The notes beneath the pieces were generated by a model. That model had not been told where the DNA came from and did not search any database. It saw only the letters and a program-made list of their open reading frames with translations. Shown one piece after another: positions 1-9,570 of a DNA stretch of 64,000 bases. The position numbers were made by a program, and so were the translations under genes. The first letter of the stretch is position 1, and every line of letters begins with the position of its first letter. The DNA is from Gemmatimonadota bacterium (GTDB taxonomy: Bacteria; Gemmatimonadota; Gemmatimonadetes; Gemmatimonadales; GWC2-71-9): contig JBDHKN010000026.1 in assembly GCA_039586365.1 (NCBI GenBank), positions 24,725-88,724 on the forward strand. Reading direction: 5' to 3'.

Positions 1-1
1 C

Positions 2-643
2 GTGGCCGTGCAGGACGGCGCCCTGCTGAGACTCAGGATCGCAACCGGCCTGCGACAGGTTGCCTTTTTTGCCATCCCGTCGGCATTCGCCCTCGCGGCG
101 CTTGGACCCCAGCTCGCGGGGGCATTGTTCCAGACGGGTGCCTTTGATTCACGGGACACAGAACTGGTGGGCGGCGTATTGGCGGCGTACGCACTTGCGG
201 TACCCGCACAAGCCTCGATCAAGCTATTGGCTTCGGGTCACTACGCGCAGGGGAACACCAAAACCCCTGTGCGCATCGCGGTCGTCGCGGTCGTGTTCGC
301 GGCCGCCTCGGCCTTCCTGCTGATGCGATATCTGGGTGCTGCAGGCATCGCCTTGGGAGCCGCTGCCGGTGCATACACCAATGCGTTCCTAAACTATGCT
401 AAGCTCAGAAGTAGGTTGGGTAGCATCACGGGACCTCTCGAAATACGCGCTCTAGCTACCGTTGGCCTTGCGTGCACTGTTGCTGCAGCGGGCGCCATGG
501 GAGTAGTCGTCTGGCGGCCTGCGGACCCGGTCTGGCTCGTGGCAGTCGCTGCCTCGGTCACGTTCTGCTTGCTGTACGGTGCTGTGACAGTCGCGCTCGC
601 CAACCCTGAAGCCCGCAAGATCCTAAGCACTCTGCAGAGGTAA
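2..643 (+). CDS. murJ: MurJ/MviN lipid II flippase, C-terminal part (5' truncated by window)
   Basis: Hydrophobic ORF with LFQTGAF..DT and ASGHYAQGNTKTPVR motifs typical of the MviN C-terminal half. Confidence 0.9.
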   Translation: MAVQDGALLRLRIATGLRQVAFFAIPSAFALAALGPQLAGALFQTGAFDSRDTELVGGVLAAYALAVPAQASIKLLASGHYAQGNTKTPVRIAVVAVVFAAASAFLLMRYLGAAGIALGAAAGAYTNAFLNYAKLRSRLGSITGPLEIRALATVGLACTVAAAGAMGVVVWRPADPVWLVAVAASVTFCLLYGAVTVALANPEARKILSTLQR

Positions 644-719
644 GCGTAGGGAGAGGTGTGCAGGGGGCAGGGCATTCCACGGACGAGCCTGGCCCACGAA
701 GACTCGTTAGGTTTCTCGC

Positions 720-2528
720 ATGTCGGAGCCTCCATCCAAGATCGCACTCAAGATAGGGTCGCTACCGAACGGTCCGGGGGTGTACCTCTGGAAGGACCGA
801 GGAGACAAGGTCCTGTACGTGGGGAAAGCGAAACGGCTCCGCCAGCGGGTGCGCAGTTATTTCGCCAGCGACCACTCCGCCAATCCCAAAGCTCGCATCC
901 TGGCCCGCCTGATCGATGACCTGGAGACTATCGTCGTCAGATCGGAGGCCGAAGCCCTGTTGCTGGAAAACAACCTGATCAAGGAACACAGGCCGCGGTT
1001 CAACATTCAGCTGCGTGACGACAAGAGTTATCCTCATGTTGCGGTTACCCTGAATGAGCCGTTCCCGCGACTCCTCGTCGTGAGGAGGCTCGACATCCCG
1101 GGGGCCCGCTACTTTGGACCGTACACAGATGTGATGGTCCTGCGCCGTACACTGAGGGTGATTCGGAGAGTATTCACGGTCCGTTCTTGTCACTATGCGC
1201 TCCTCGAAGAGGTTCCCGAGCGACCTTGTCTGGATTACCACATAAACAGATGTCTTGCGCCGTGCGCCGGGCTTCAGTCCAAGAACTCCTACAAGAGTAT
1301 GATCGAGGATGTGGTGGCATTCCTGGAGGGAAGGACCGTCGAGGTGCGGACCCGGTTGCGGCGTCGCATGGAGGAAGCCTCTGGAGGACTCGAGTTCGAG
1401 CGAGCGGCGGAAATCCGTAACTCGCTCAAGTGGCTCGACCAACTCGAACAGCCGCAGACGGTTCAGGTCGTTGGCGGCGGTGATGCCGACGCGATCGGAT
1501 TCGCGCGCGACGGCGACGATGCTGTGTGCACCGTCATGCGAGTGAGGGGTGGCAAGATCGTCGGGAGCGAGCAGAGGTTCCTGCGCAACGTGGAACACGA
1601 GGCTGACGACAGTATCTTGAGAGCATTCCTATTGCGCCATTACCTCCCCTCGGCAACCAGCGCCGGACGAGTCATTCTCCCGTTCCTTCCCAGCGAGCTG
1701 GAGGCTGTGGCGGCGTTGTTGGAGCACACGGAGTTGGTGGTTCCGCAGCGGGGGAGGAACCGACGCTTGGTGGAACTCGCTGATCAGAATGCGCGTCACG
1801 CGCTCGAGAGTTTTCTCATCGAATCGTTCGAAACGGACGAAAGGGCAGAGGACCCGGTGTACGCACTGGGGCGCGACCTGGGCCTGACGGTGCTGCCTCG
1901 GAATCTCGTCTGTGTTGATGTGTCGACTGCTCAGGGATCCGATACGGTAGGGTCGCTAGTCTGGTTTGAGGGTGGCCGGCCGAAGCGAAGTGAGTATCGT
2001 CGCTTCAAGATCAAGGGCGCAGGGCAACAGGACGATTTCGCCGCTGTCCACGAGGTCCTGACGCGGTACATTACCCGTCGGCTGCATGAGGACAAGGTAC
2101 TACCGGATCTGGTCATAGTTGACGGTGGAAAAGGCCAGCTTGCCGCAGCTCAAGCAGCACTCGAGGCAACGGGATATCAGGACCTGGCGATAGCGAGTTT
2201 GGCCAAGAGAGAGGAAGAGGTGTTTCTGCCCGGTAGGAAAGAGAGCCTCCGGCTGCCTCGGCGTGCGCCATCTTTGCGACTGCTGCAGCGCGCTCGCGAC
2301 GAGGCACACCGAGTCGCTGTCACATACAATCGCAAGCGCCGGAGACAACGCACCATCACCTCGGCTCTCTTGGAGATCCCCGGAGTTGGCGACAAGCGAC
2401 GCCGGCTGCTGCTGGAGAGATTCGGAAGTCTAGCAGGTGTTGCGTTGGCCACGCCGGACGAAATAGCGGCGCTACCAGGCTTCTCGCTGAAGCTGGCTCA
2501 ACGGATACTCGAACAGGTGAAGAAATGA
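720..2528 (+). CDS. uvrC: Excinuclease ABC subunit C
   Basis: GIY-YIG (PGVYLWKD..LYVGKAK), UVR domain, PDLVIVDGGKGQ, C-terminal HhH. Confidence 0.98.
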   Translation: MSEPPSKIALKIGSLPNGPGVYLWKDRGDKVLYVGKAKRLRQRVRSYFASDHSANPKARILARLIDDLETIVVRSEAEALLLENNLIKEHRPRFNIQLRDDKSYPHVAVTLNEPFPRLLVVRRLDIPGARYFGPYTDVMVLRRTLRVIRRVFTVRSCHYALLEEVPERPCLDYHINRCLAPCAGLQSKNSYKSMIEDVVAFLEGRTVEVRTRLRRRMEEASGGLEFERAAEIRNSLKWLDQLEQPQTVQVVGGGDADAIGFARDGDDAVCTVMRVRGGKIVGSEQRFLRNVEHEADDSILRAFLLRHYLPSATSAGRVILPFLPSELEAVAALLEHTELVVPQRGRNRRLVELADQNARHALESFLIESFETDERAEDPVYALGRDLGLTVLPRNLVCVDVSTAQGSDTVGSLVWFEGGRPKRSEYRRFKIKGAGQQDDFAAVHEVLTRYITRRLHEDKVLPDLVIVDGGKGQLAAAQAALEATGYQDLAIASLAKREEEVFLPGRKESLRLPRRAPSLRLLQRARDEAHRVAVTYNRKRRRQRTITSALLEIPGVGDKRRRLLLERFGSLAGVALATPDEIAALPGFSLKLAQRILEQVKK

Positions 2529-3676
2529 CACAGTTCGCTTGGCACTTGGAATGCTCCGATTGCACGAAAACAGCCAGCCCTGCCGGACTTCCCACGGTAT
2601 GTCCGGATTGTGGCGCTCCGTGGCTCGTAAGATATCAAACGAAGCCCGACCCGCAGCTGAAGGCTACCTATGCGGATCGGCCGTGGTCCATGTGGCGGTA
2701 CCGGGAGTGGCTTCCCCTCGTTGGCAGTGAGAGCCCGGTGACGCTGGGGGAGGGAGCGACACCGCTCGTGGCGGTGCCCGAACTTGGCGCACCTCTCGGG
2801 ATGGAGCGTCTCTGGATCAAGGACGAGGCTCTCAACGCCACGGGGTCGTTCAAGGCACGCGGACTCTCGGCTGCGGTCACCCGTGCGAGCCTGGGAGGAG
2901 CCAAACTCCTCACGACACCGACGGCCGGAAATGCGGGAGTGGCGTTGAGCGCTTACGGTAGGCGAGCCGGACTCACCGTTCGGGTGTTTGCCCCACGTAC
3001 CACTCCCCCAACGATTCTCGAGCAGATTCGCATTTTCGGGGCTGACCTGGAGCTGATTGAGGGTCACATCGGTGACTGCGGCAAGGTGGCCCGTGCGTAT
3101 TCAACCGAGCACGGCGGTTTCGATGTGTCAACACTGCGCGAGCCGTATCGCATTGAGGGCAAGAAGACGTTGGGCCTCGAGGTGGCGGAGCAGTTGGGTT
3201 GGCGGCTGCCGGACGTGCTGATCTACCCGACAGGTGGAGGAACCGGCCTCATCGGGATGTGGAAGGTATTCAACGAGCTGCGTGAGGCCGGCTGGATTGA
3301 CGACGACATGCCGCGGCTCTATAGCGTGCAGTCTGATGGCTGTGCGCCAGTTGTGCGGGCGTTCGAGCAGCAGGCGGAACGGCCCGAGCCCTGGCCCGAT
3401 CCAGTCACTATCGCCTGGGGCTTGCGCGTTCCCGGACCGCTCGGCGGCAAGCTCATGCTTTCGGCCATTCGCGAGACGAACGGTGGCGCAGTGGCGGTGA
3501 GCGACGAGACCCTGTCGAACGCGGCTAGGAGAATAGCGTCTACTGCAGCGATCGACGCGTCGCCGGAGGGCGGGGCGACGCTTGCAGCACTGGAGGTCTT
3601 GCTCGATCGCGGCGCAGTGAAGCAGGACGAATCGGTCGTACTGTTCAATACAGGAGCTGGCTGGCTATACCGCTGA
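2525..3676 (+). CDS. thrC: Threonine synthase family PLP enzyme with N-terminal Zn ribbon
   Basis: CSDC..CPDC, WRY, TLGEGATPL, NATGSFKARG (PLP Lys), EGKKT, PTGGGTG; substrate not certain. Confidence 0.85.
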   Translation: MTQFAWHLECSDCTKTASPAGLPTVCPDCGAPWLVRYQTKPDPQLKATYADRPWSMWRYREWLPLVGSESPVTLGEGATPLVAVPELGAPLGMERLWIKDEALNATGSFKARGLSAAVTRASLGGAKLLTTPTAGNAGVALSAYGRRAGLTVRVFAPRTTPPTILEQIRIFGADLELIEGHIGDCGKVARAYSTEHGGFDVSTLREPYRIEGKKTLGLEVAEQLGWRLPDVLIYPTGGGTGLIGMWKVFNELREAGWIDDDMPRLYSVQSDGCAPVVRAFEQQAERPEPWPDPVTIAWGLRVPGPLGGKLMLSAIRETNGGAVAVSDETLSNAARRIASTAAIDASPEGGATLAALEVLLDRGAVKQDESVVLFNTGAGWLYR

Positions 3677-3712
3677 TGTACAGGGATATTTAGCCCGAGG
3701 TCTTACAGGCTA

Positions 3713-4912
3713 ATGCGGATTGCGATACTAGACCCGTTTGCGGGAATCAGCGGAGACATGCTACTCGGCTCGTTGGTTGACGCCGGGGTGGACTCTTCAT
3801 GGCTCGAGGAGCTGCCGCGGTTGTGTGGGTTTCCCCAGGTCGAGGTTCGCATCAGCCGCGTGACCCGCTGTGCGCTGGCGGCCACTAAGGTTGATTTTCG
3901 GATTCCGGAAGGGCCGCACTCGCACGAGCACGGCCATGGCCGTACGATCCGTCAGCTCAAGGAGATCGTGGCGGCGGCTCAAGTTCAGCATGGGACGAAG
4001 CAGTTAGCCCTGCGGGCCTGCGACCTGCTGGGGCAAGCCGAAGGTGCGATTCACGGTATGGCGGCGGACGCGGTACACCTGCATGAAGTGGGCGCGATCG
4101 ACGCAGTGCTCGACATCGTGGGAGTGATAGAGGGTTTTGGACAACTCGGGCTGGCCGCCATATACAACCTACCAGTGGCCGCAGGAGACGGTTGGGTTAC
4201 TGCTGCCCACGGCAAGCTGCCGGTTCCTGCCCCAGCCACCTTGAAGCTGTTGGAAGGCATCGTGGTCCGCAGCGGTGGCCCGGTAACTGGTGAGGCCACC
4301 ACCCCCACGGGCGCTGTCCTGGTCCGCGTGTTGTCCGGCGGACGCCCGCCGGGTTACTGGCGTATCGCGGGTTGTGGTTGGGGCGCCGGGCAGCGCGACC
4401 CAAGCGACTATCCCAATGTCCTCCGGTTGATACTGGCCGAGCAAGCCGACGAGGCCGGATTGGTGCAGGTGGTCGCCACCGACATTGATGACATGGAACC
4501 CGAATACCTAGAGCCATTGCGTCAGGCGCTGTTTGAAGCAGGTGCGTTGGACTGTCAAGTCTGGCCCACCCAGGGGAAGAAAGGGCGCATCAGCCTCAGG
4601 CTGGAGGCACTGGTACCGGAAGGCGCCTCCGACAGGGTAGTACAGGCATTGTTCGACAACTCCACGACGACCGGATTACGGAGCTGGTCGACCGTTCGGT
4701 CCACCCTGGCGCGCAAGGAATTGGTGGTCGAGCTGAACCCTGCGGTAAAGGTTCGGGTAAAAGTACGGGAGGGTCCCCGAGGCGCCGGGGTCAAACCCGA
4801 GTACGATGACGTAGTCCGGGCCGCCCGAGACCTGGGAATTCCAGTGATCGAAGCTGCTCACGAGGCATGGAAGAAGGCTCGGGACGTTCTGGATAGCGGT
4901 CAAGGCGTGTAG
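3713..4912 (+). CDS. larC: Nickel-pincer cofactor nickel insertase LarC
   Basis: DPFAGISGDMLLG, His-rich HSHEHGH, VHLHEVGAIDA, TTPTGA, IDDMEPE, KPEYDDV. Confidence 0.95.
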   Translation: MRIAILDPFAGISGDMLLGSLVDAGVDSSWLEELPRLCGFPQVEVRISRVTRCALAATKVDFRIPEGPHSHEHGHGRTIRQLKEIVAAAQVQHGTKQLALRACDLLGQAEGAIHGMAADAVHLHEVGAIDAVLDIVGVIEGFGQLGLAAIYNLPVAAGDGWVTAAHGKLPVPAPATLKLLEGIVVRSGGPVTGEATTPTGAVLVRVLSGGRPPGYWRIAGCGWGAGQRDPSDYPNVLRLILAEQADEAGLVQVVATDIDDMEPEYLEPLRQALFEAGALDCQVWPTQGKKGRISLRLEALVPEGASDRVVQALFDNSTTTGLRSWSTVRSTLARKELVVELNPAVKVRVKVREGPRGAGVKPEYDDVVRAARDLGIPVIEAAHEAWKKARDVLDSGQGV

Positions 4913-4966
4913 ATTAATGGGTTGTAGTTGTACCGTGATATTTGGAGAGATTGAGAGGAGATTCTG

Positions 4967-6364
4967 ATGAACAGGTTGGTCTTCGCGGTCGGACTCGCGG
5001 TCGGTATCGGGCTCGCGGCCAGCGGCCTCTCGGCCCAGGCGGACGAGTGGCGACGTCCTGCATGCGAACTCGATATGGGGCACTTCCTGGTGAAGAACGC
5101 CACCACGTACATGCAGGCGGCAACGGAAGAGGTGGATCCGAGCAAACGCGAGCAGCTGATGACGGATGCTTTCCGGAATCTGGCCGAGGCCATCTCCACC
5201 GACCAGGCCGAGAATCCGTCCGTCTGGTACTTCCTGGGACGATACTACGTGATGGCGAATGACGGAGTCGGAGCAGACTCGGCTTTTGCTCACGTGGAGC
5301 AGACGGTACCGGAATGCCAGGAGGACATCACCTACTACCGACAGTCCACTTGGGTGAACGCGGTCAATCGCGGCATCGATTCGCTGCGTGACGGGGCTTA
5401 TGAGGGTGCGAAGTGGGAGTTTCGCAACGCTGCGGGAGTGTGGGACCGCTCCAACGTTCCGTTCTTCTACATGGCGAGCGTCTACGGGGACGAAGGTGAA
5501 ATGGACTCGGCGCTCTACTATTTCAAGAAGGTCACGGACATAGGAACAGCAGACACCTCCCACCTCGACAATTACGAGACGGCTGTTGAGAACGTGGCCG
5601 TATTGTATCAGATGCTCGAGGATTGGGATTCCACGGTGGTATGGTATAGGAAGGTCCGGGAGCTCGATCCGGGTAACACGGATGCGCTGTTTGGAATAGC
5701 TGAGGCGTACACCTACATGGGAGACACTGAGAACGCAGTCATGATCTATGACAGCGTCCTGGCCGATCCGGCGGCCATGAGCGACCTCGATCTGTTCAAT
5801 GCCGGTGTGAAGTTGTTCAACGTCGATGACTTCGACCGTGCGGTGAGAGCATTCGAGGCCGGACTAGCCAAGAACCCGAATCACCGCGACGCACTCTACA
5901 ACATTGCCAATACATACCTGGCAATTGCGAACGACCAGACTCGCCCGCAGGCCGAGCGTGACGAGGCCCTGAGAGACATGGACCGCGTTACACATGAGCT
6001 CTTGGACATCGACCCGCAGAACCGGCTGGCCTACCGCATCCTGGCAGCAGCCCACACAATGCAGGGAATGGACGACTCAACAGCCATAGTCATGGATGCG
6101 ATAGACGCTCTCGATTTCGAGGTGACCGTTGATCTGTCCAGGCCTGAATCGGGCAGCTACCTCCTGGCGGGTCGTGTGTTGAACCTGAGAGAGTCGGAGC
6201 TGGCGTTCCCGACAATAACGTTCGAGTTCCTCGATAGCGCAGGAACAGTGATCACGACAGCCTCCGTTCCCGGTGAAGCTCTGGAAGCAGGTGGCTCAAA
6301 GAGGTTCTCGTTCAATCAACCTGAAGCAGGCATAGCGGCCTGGAGATATCGGATCGGGTCGTAA
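4967..6364 (+). CDS. Secreted TPR protein with C-terminal FxLYD-like Ig domain
   Basis: SD GAGAGGAG; signal peptide; TPR-like repeats (LDPGNTDALFGIA, NPNHRDALYNIA); C-terminal GRVLN..ITFEFLDSAG. Confidence 0.8.
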   Translation: MNRLVFAVGLAVGIGLAASGLSAQADEWRRPACELDMGHFLVKNATTYMQAATEEVDPSKREQLMTDAFRNLAEAISTDQAENPSVWYFLGRYYVMANDGVGADSAFAHVEQTVPECQEDITYYRQSTWVNAVNRGIDSLRDGAYEGAKWEFRNAAGVWDRSNVPFFYMASVYGDEGEMDSALYYFKKVTDIGTADTSHLDNYETAVENVAVLYQMLEDWDSTVVWYRKVRELDPGNTDALFGIAEAYTYMGDTENAVMIYDSVLADPAAMSDLDLFNAGVKLFNVDDFDRAVRAFEAGLAKNPNHRDALYNIANTYLAIANDQTRPQAERDEALRDMDRVTHELLDIDPQNRLAYRILAAAHTMQGMDDSTAIVMDAIDALDFEVTVDLSRPESGSYLLAGRVLNLRESELAFPTITFEFLDSAGTVITTASVPGEALEAGGSKRFSFNQPEAGIAAWRYRIGS

Positions 6365-6525
6365 GCAGTCACTGGTGTTCTGCGGGAGTAGCAGCCTACA
6401 TCCTGCAGATAGACTTGTCGGGTCGGTGTCCTGCAGTTCTCCGTGTGGATGCCGACCCGTCCGCGTTCTGGTCTGCGCCTTGTCATGCAACGCGGGTGCG
6501 GGTGGGGAGCACTGGACTGCTAGGC

Positions 6526-6553
6526 TTGCTGTTGGCGCGTTTCTTGATATGTT
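6526..6553 (+). promoter_or_regulatory. Putative sigma70 promoter of tRNA-Gly
   Basis: TTGCTG-16-TATGTT with TGn extended -10, 12 nt before the tRNA. Confidence 0.35.
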
Positions 6554-6565
6554 TTTGCGACGCGC

Positions 6566-6637
<72 letters not shown>

Positions 6638-6640
6638 TCG

Positions 6641-6668
6641 CGAAGAGCCCCCATCCGGGGGCTTTTCG
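6641..6668. terminator. Hairpin terminator after tRNA-Gly, possibly bidirectional
   Basis: CGAAGAGCCCCC-ATCC-GGGGGCTTTTCG stem-loop followed by TTT, between convergent genes. Confidence 0.75.
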
Positions 6669-6736
6669 TTTCGCTGCAGTTGTTGCATCCTACCCTCCAG
6701 GATCGCAGCGCGACCGGCTGGACCTTGAGTCCGCGG

Positions 6737-7399
6737 TCACGCTCGCTTGTGCTGTCGGCTGTAACTCCGCGCTCCAGCTTCCTCTCTGCTTCGTATAGCG
6801 GCCGATCCAGTGAGATATGGCAGGTCCATGTTGCCAAGTTCCTTGCGCTCTTGCCGATCGATCTCCTTGAGTATGCTCGCCACCCGGCGCTCCATTTCCG
6901 GACTCAGCGACGGCGTCCGCAGCAACCCGCGGTATAGTTCCCGCCGGTTCTCAAACTCCCGCCTGTCCCGCTCAACCTTCTCCACCGTTGCACCGACCTT
7001 GCGCTTGACATCGAGCCACAGCAAGGGAGCCCCAGGCGTGTTCGAGTGGACCCGCTCTCGATCCATTCCCCAGTTGGCTGCCATCTCAGTGATCAGCTGT
7101 TCTCGCATCTGTTCGCGGACCGACTCCGCAGGGGTGACCTCTGCGCGCCACATGCTGCCGGTGCCGAGCAGCAGCCAGTCAAGCGACAGCTGGCCTCTGC
7201 GCGCCAGGACCAACAGACTCGGCAGATCCGGCACTGACGAACCGGCTGAGTGCTCTTTCGGTTTCCATCCACTTACCGTGGTACGACCAATTCCGAACGC
7301 AGTCGTGAGTTTGTCCCAACTGCCCCCGAGCGCAGCGTCAACGTACTGCCCCAACCGCTGCCGAATCGCTGCTGCGTTGTCTACTGCGTTCCTGCCCAT
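6737..7399 (-). CDS. XRE/phage CI-like HTH transcriptional regulator, no S24 peptidase domain evident
   Basis: LTTAFGIGRTTVSGWK..VPDLPSLLVLARRGQLSLDWLLLGTGSM resembles the CI-like HTH with its SLDWLL.G signature. Confidence 0.7.
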   Translation of the reverse strand: MGRNAVDNAAAIRQRLGQYVDAALGGSWDKLTTAFGIGRTTVSGWKPKEHSAGSSVPDLPSLLVLARRGQLSLDWLLLGTGSMWRAEVTPAESVREQMREQLITEMAANWGMDRERVHSNTPGAPLLWLDVKRKVGATVEKVERDRREFENRRELYRGLLRTPSLSPEMERRVASILKEIDRQERKELGNMDLPYLTGSAAIRSREEAGARSYSRQHKRA

Positions 7400-7431
7400 G
7401 CCACAGTCCTGTTCAATTAATTGACGATCTG

Positions 7432-7460
7432 TTGACGGCTAATTGCCGCTAATGTAAAAC
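7432..7460 (+). promoter_or_regulatory. Putative sigma70 promoter divergent from the CI-like gene
   Basis: TTGACG-17-TAAAAC; perfect palindrome TCAATTAATTGA at 7413-7424 just upstream. Confidence 0.5.
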
Positions 7461-7767
7461 CATAAGTGGCGCGGGCGCCAGTAGCTGTGCCAGCCGGAAG
7501 AGCCATGACCCTGGGCCGCCAACCGTGAGGTGGCTGGGCCAAGATCACGCGGGCACAGTGCCGCCCGATTGGTGGGTACGGTGGCGGGGTCACTCTTCGT
7601 ACCGGACCGCATGAGGTCCGCCGCCGACTCCTGCCATACCTTGTGCTAAGGATATGTAATTTATACACTTATCTCATCACGCCTGGCGTCGCAGGCGGTA
7701 CGCCGGGCCACCGCTCGGAACCCCGAAGCGGACTCACGGAACCACGTGTCTGGGACGGAATGGTGCG

Positions 7768-8202
7768 ATGGTTAGAGCAAGCTCGGTCGTCGAACTGAGC
7801 CTGGAGGGTTACAGCGGGCGCGCCAACCGCGTCACCGTGACAGTCTCATCGTACGATCGATCGACGCGGATCCGTCGTGCGCTCGTCGGTCTGACCGTCG
7901 GTTGGGGACTCGCGCTGGTATCCCTGGCAGTGCCGCTGGCCCATTTCCTACTCGTCCCCGGCTTTCTGGTGTTCGGCATAATCCTGTTCACGCAGCGCAT
8001 ACGGCTGCGCCGGACCGCCAGTGACGCACACGGGACGTGTCCCGACTGCGGAGAGGCTCAGGAGTTCGATCTGCCGACCCGGTGGCAGCTTCCAGCGCGG
8101 ACAGCTTGTCGGCGGTGCCAACGTGTTCTCGAGCTTCGTGAAGCGAGCCGTGCACCATTACCACCCACTCACACCGAAGGCAGCGCTCCCTACAGTTCGT
8201 AG
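7768..8202 (+). CDS. Hypothetical membrane protein, two TM segments plus C-terminal Zn ribbon
   Basis: Hydrophobic hairpin then CPDC..CRRC. Confidence 0.7.
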   Translation: MVRASSVVELSLEGYSGRANRVTVTVSSYDRSTRIRRALVGLTVGWGLALVSLAVPLAHFLLVPGFLVFGIILFTQRIRLRRTASDAHGTCPDCGEAQEFDLPTRWQLPARTACRRCQRVLELREASRAPLPPTHTEGSAPYSS

Positions 8203-8235
8203 CAATGAACAGAGTCGGCAATTAGCTTTAGCCGT

Positions 8236-9570
8236 TTGCTGGAATCGCTGGCTCAGCCGAAAGTCCCGTGGTTCTTTCCCCTTTTACGCAGTGAAACCGT
8301 TGTGATTCTAGTGAAGTCCGTCGCGCCGGGCTCGCTCGGTGCGGAGCTTGGTCTGATTCCCGGCACGGAGTTGCTCACGATCGATGGTCGTGGACTGAAC
8401 GACTTCCTGGACTGGGAGTTCCTCGCCGCAGAGGAGCGTTTCGTACTGCTCGTCCGAGCGCCGGACGGCACGACAACGGAGTACGACATTGAACGCTCCG
8501 AGGGCGATTCCCTCGGTATCGAATTGGAGCCACCTCGCGTGCGTCGCTGTGCGAACCGTTGTGATTTTTGCTTCGTGGATGGCAACCCTGAAGGGATGCG
8601 CCCAGCGCTCTACATCCGTGACGACGACTATCGCCTTTCATTTCGGTATGGAAACTTCGCCACTCTGACCAATCTGAAGCAGGGTGACATCAATCGGATC
8701 GTCGAGTACCGTCTGAGCCCGCTTTATGTTTCGGTACACGCCACTGATCCTGTCACTCGGCGGCGACTGCTCCGCAATCCCAAGGCCCCGGACATACTGT
8801 CACAACTCAGGTTCTTTGGTGAGACGGCCATACAGTGCCACACTCAGATCGTGCTCCAGCCTGGGGTCAATGACGGAGCGGTACTGCGCCAGAGTCTAGC
8901 AGACCTGTTCGAACTCGGCGACACGGTGCTGTCCGTCTCGGTGGTGCCTGTCGGACTCACCGAGTTTTCCAGGCACGACCTGGTCCGCGAACTCACTGCG
9001 GCAGAGTGCCTTGCCGCAGTGTCGACTATAGATGAGCTCGCCGCACGTGCGCTGAAGGATCGCGCGTATCACTGGGCCTACGGATCGGACGATCTCTATT
9101 GCGAGGCCGGTTTGCCCCTGCCGCCCGCGAGCCGCTACGACGGATTCGAACAGGTTGAGAACGGTGTGGGTAGCGTACGCTACCTCCAGCGGTGCATCTC
9201 GGGCCTCGACGCCGACTGGTCGGGTAGTCGCATCGGTGTCGCCACCGGCGCAGCGATGGGGCGTCTGATGCCGCAGGTGATCTCCCACGTGGCGGCGGCC
9301 ACTCACGCTTCGTTCGAACTCTTGGTACTGCAAAACGACTTGTTCGGGCCATCCGTTACCACCGCCGGGCTCTTGGCGGGCAGGGCATTTGTAAAGGCGC
9401 TAGATGGACGCGGTGATCTTGACCTCGCTCTGATCCCCGCAGAGGCAGTGAACGACGACGGGGTCTTCATTGACGACATGACGCTGGACGAAGTGGAGGG
9501 TTCGGTGCCGCTACAAGTTCGGCTTTCCTACCACTTCTCAGATGCGTTGGGGGGGCAGGGCGACCGGTGA
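8236..9570 (+). CDS. DUF512-family radical SAM-like Fe-S protein with N-terminal PDZ-like domain (true start may be ~8302)
   Basis: CANRCDFCFVD, DDDYRLSF.YGNF.TLTN, SPLYVSVHAT, ENGVG; typical position upstream of der. Confidence 0.9.
   Translation: MLESLAQPKVPWFFPLLRSETVVILVKSVAPGSLGAELGLIPGTELLTIDGRGLNDFLDWEFLAAEERFVLLVRAPDGTTTEYDIERSEGDSLGIELEPPRVRRCANRCDFCFVDGNPEGMRPALYIRDDDYRLSFRYGNFATLTNLKQGDINRIVEYRLSPLYVSVHATDPVTRRRLLRNPKAPDILSQLRFFGETAIQCHTQIVLQPGVNDGAVLRQSLADLFELGDTVLSVSVVPVGLTEFSRHDLVRELTAAECLAAVSTIDELAARALKDRAYHWAYGSDDLYCEAGLPLPPASRYDGFEQVENGVGSVRYLQRCISGLDADWSGSRIGVATGAAMGRLMPQVISHVAAATHASFELLVLQNDLFGPSVTTAGLLAGRAFVKALDGRGDLDLALIPAEAVNDDGVFIDDMTLDEVEGSVPLQVRLSYHFSDALGGQGDR

Noticed and set aside
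6810..7424. 204-aa + strand ORF
   Set aside because: Antisense shadow of the HTH gene, Ser/Arg-rich with no motifs
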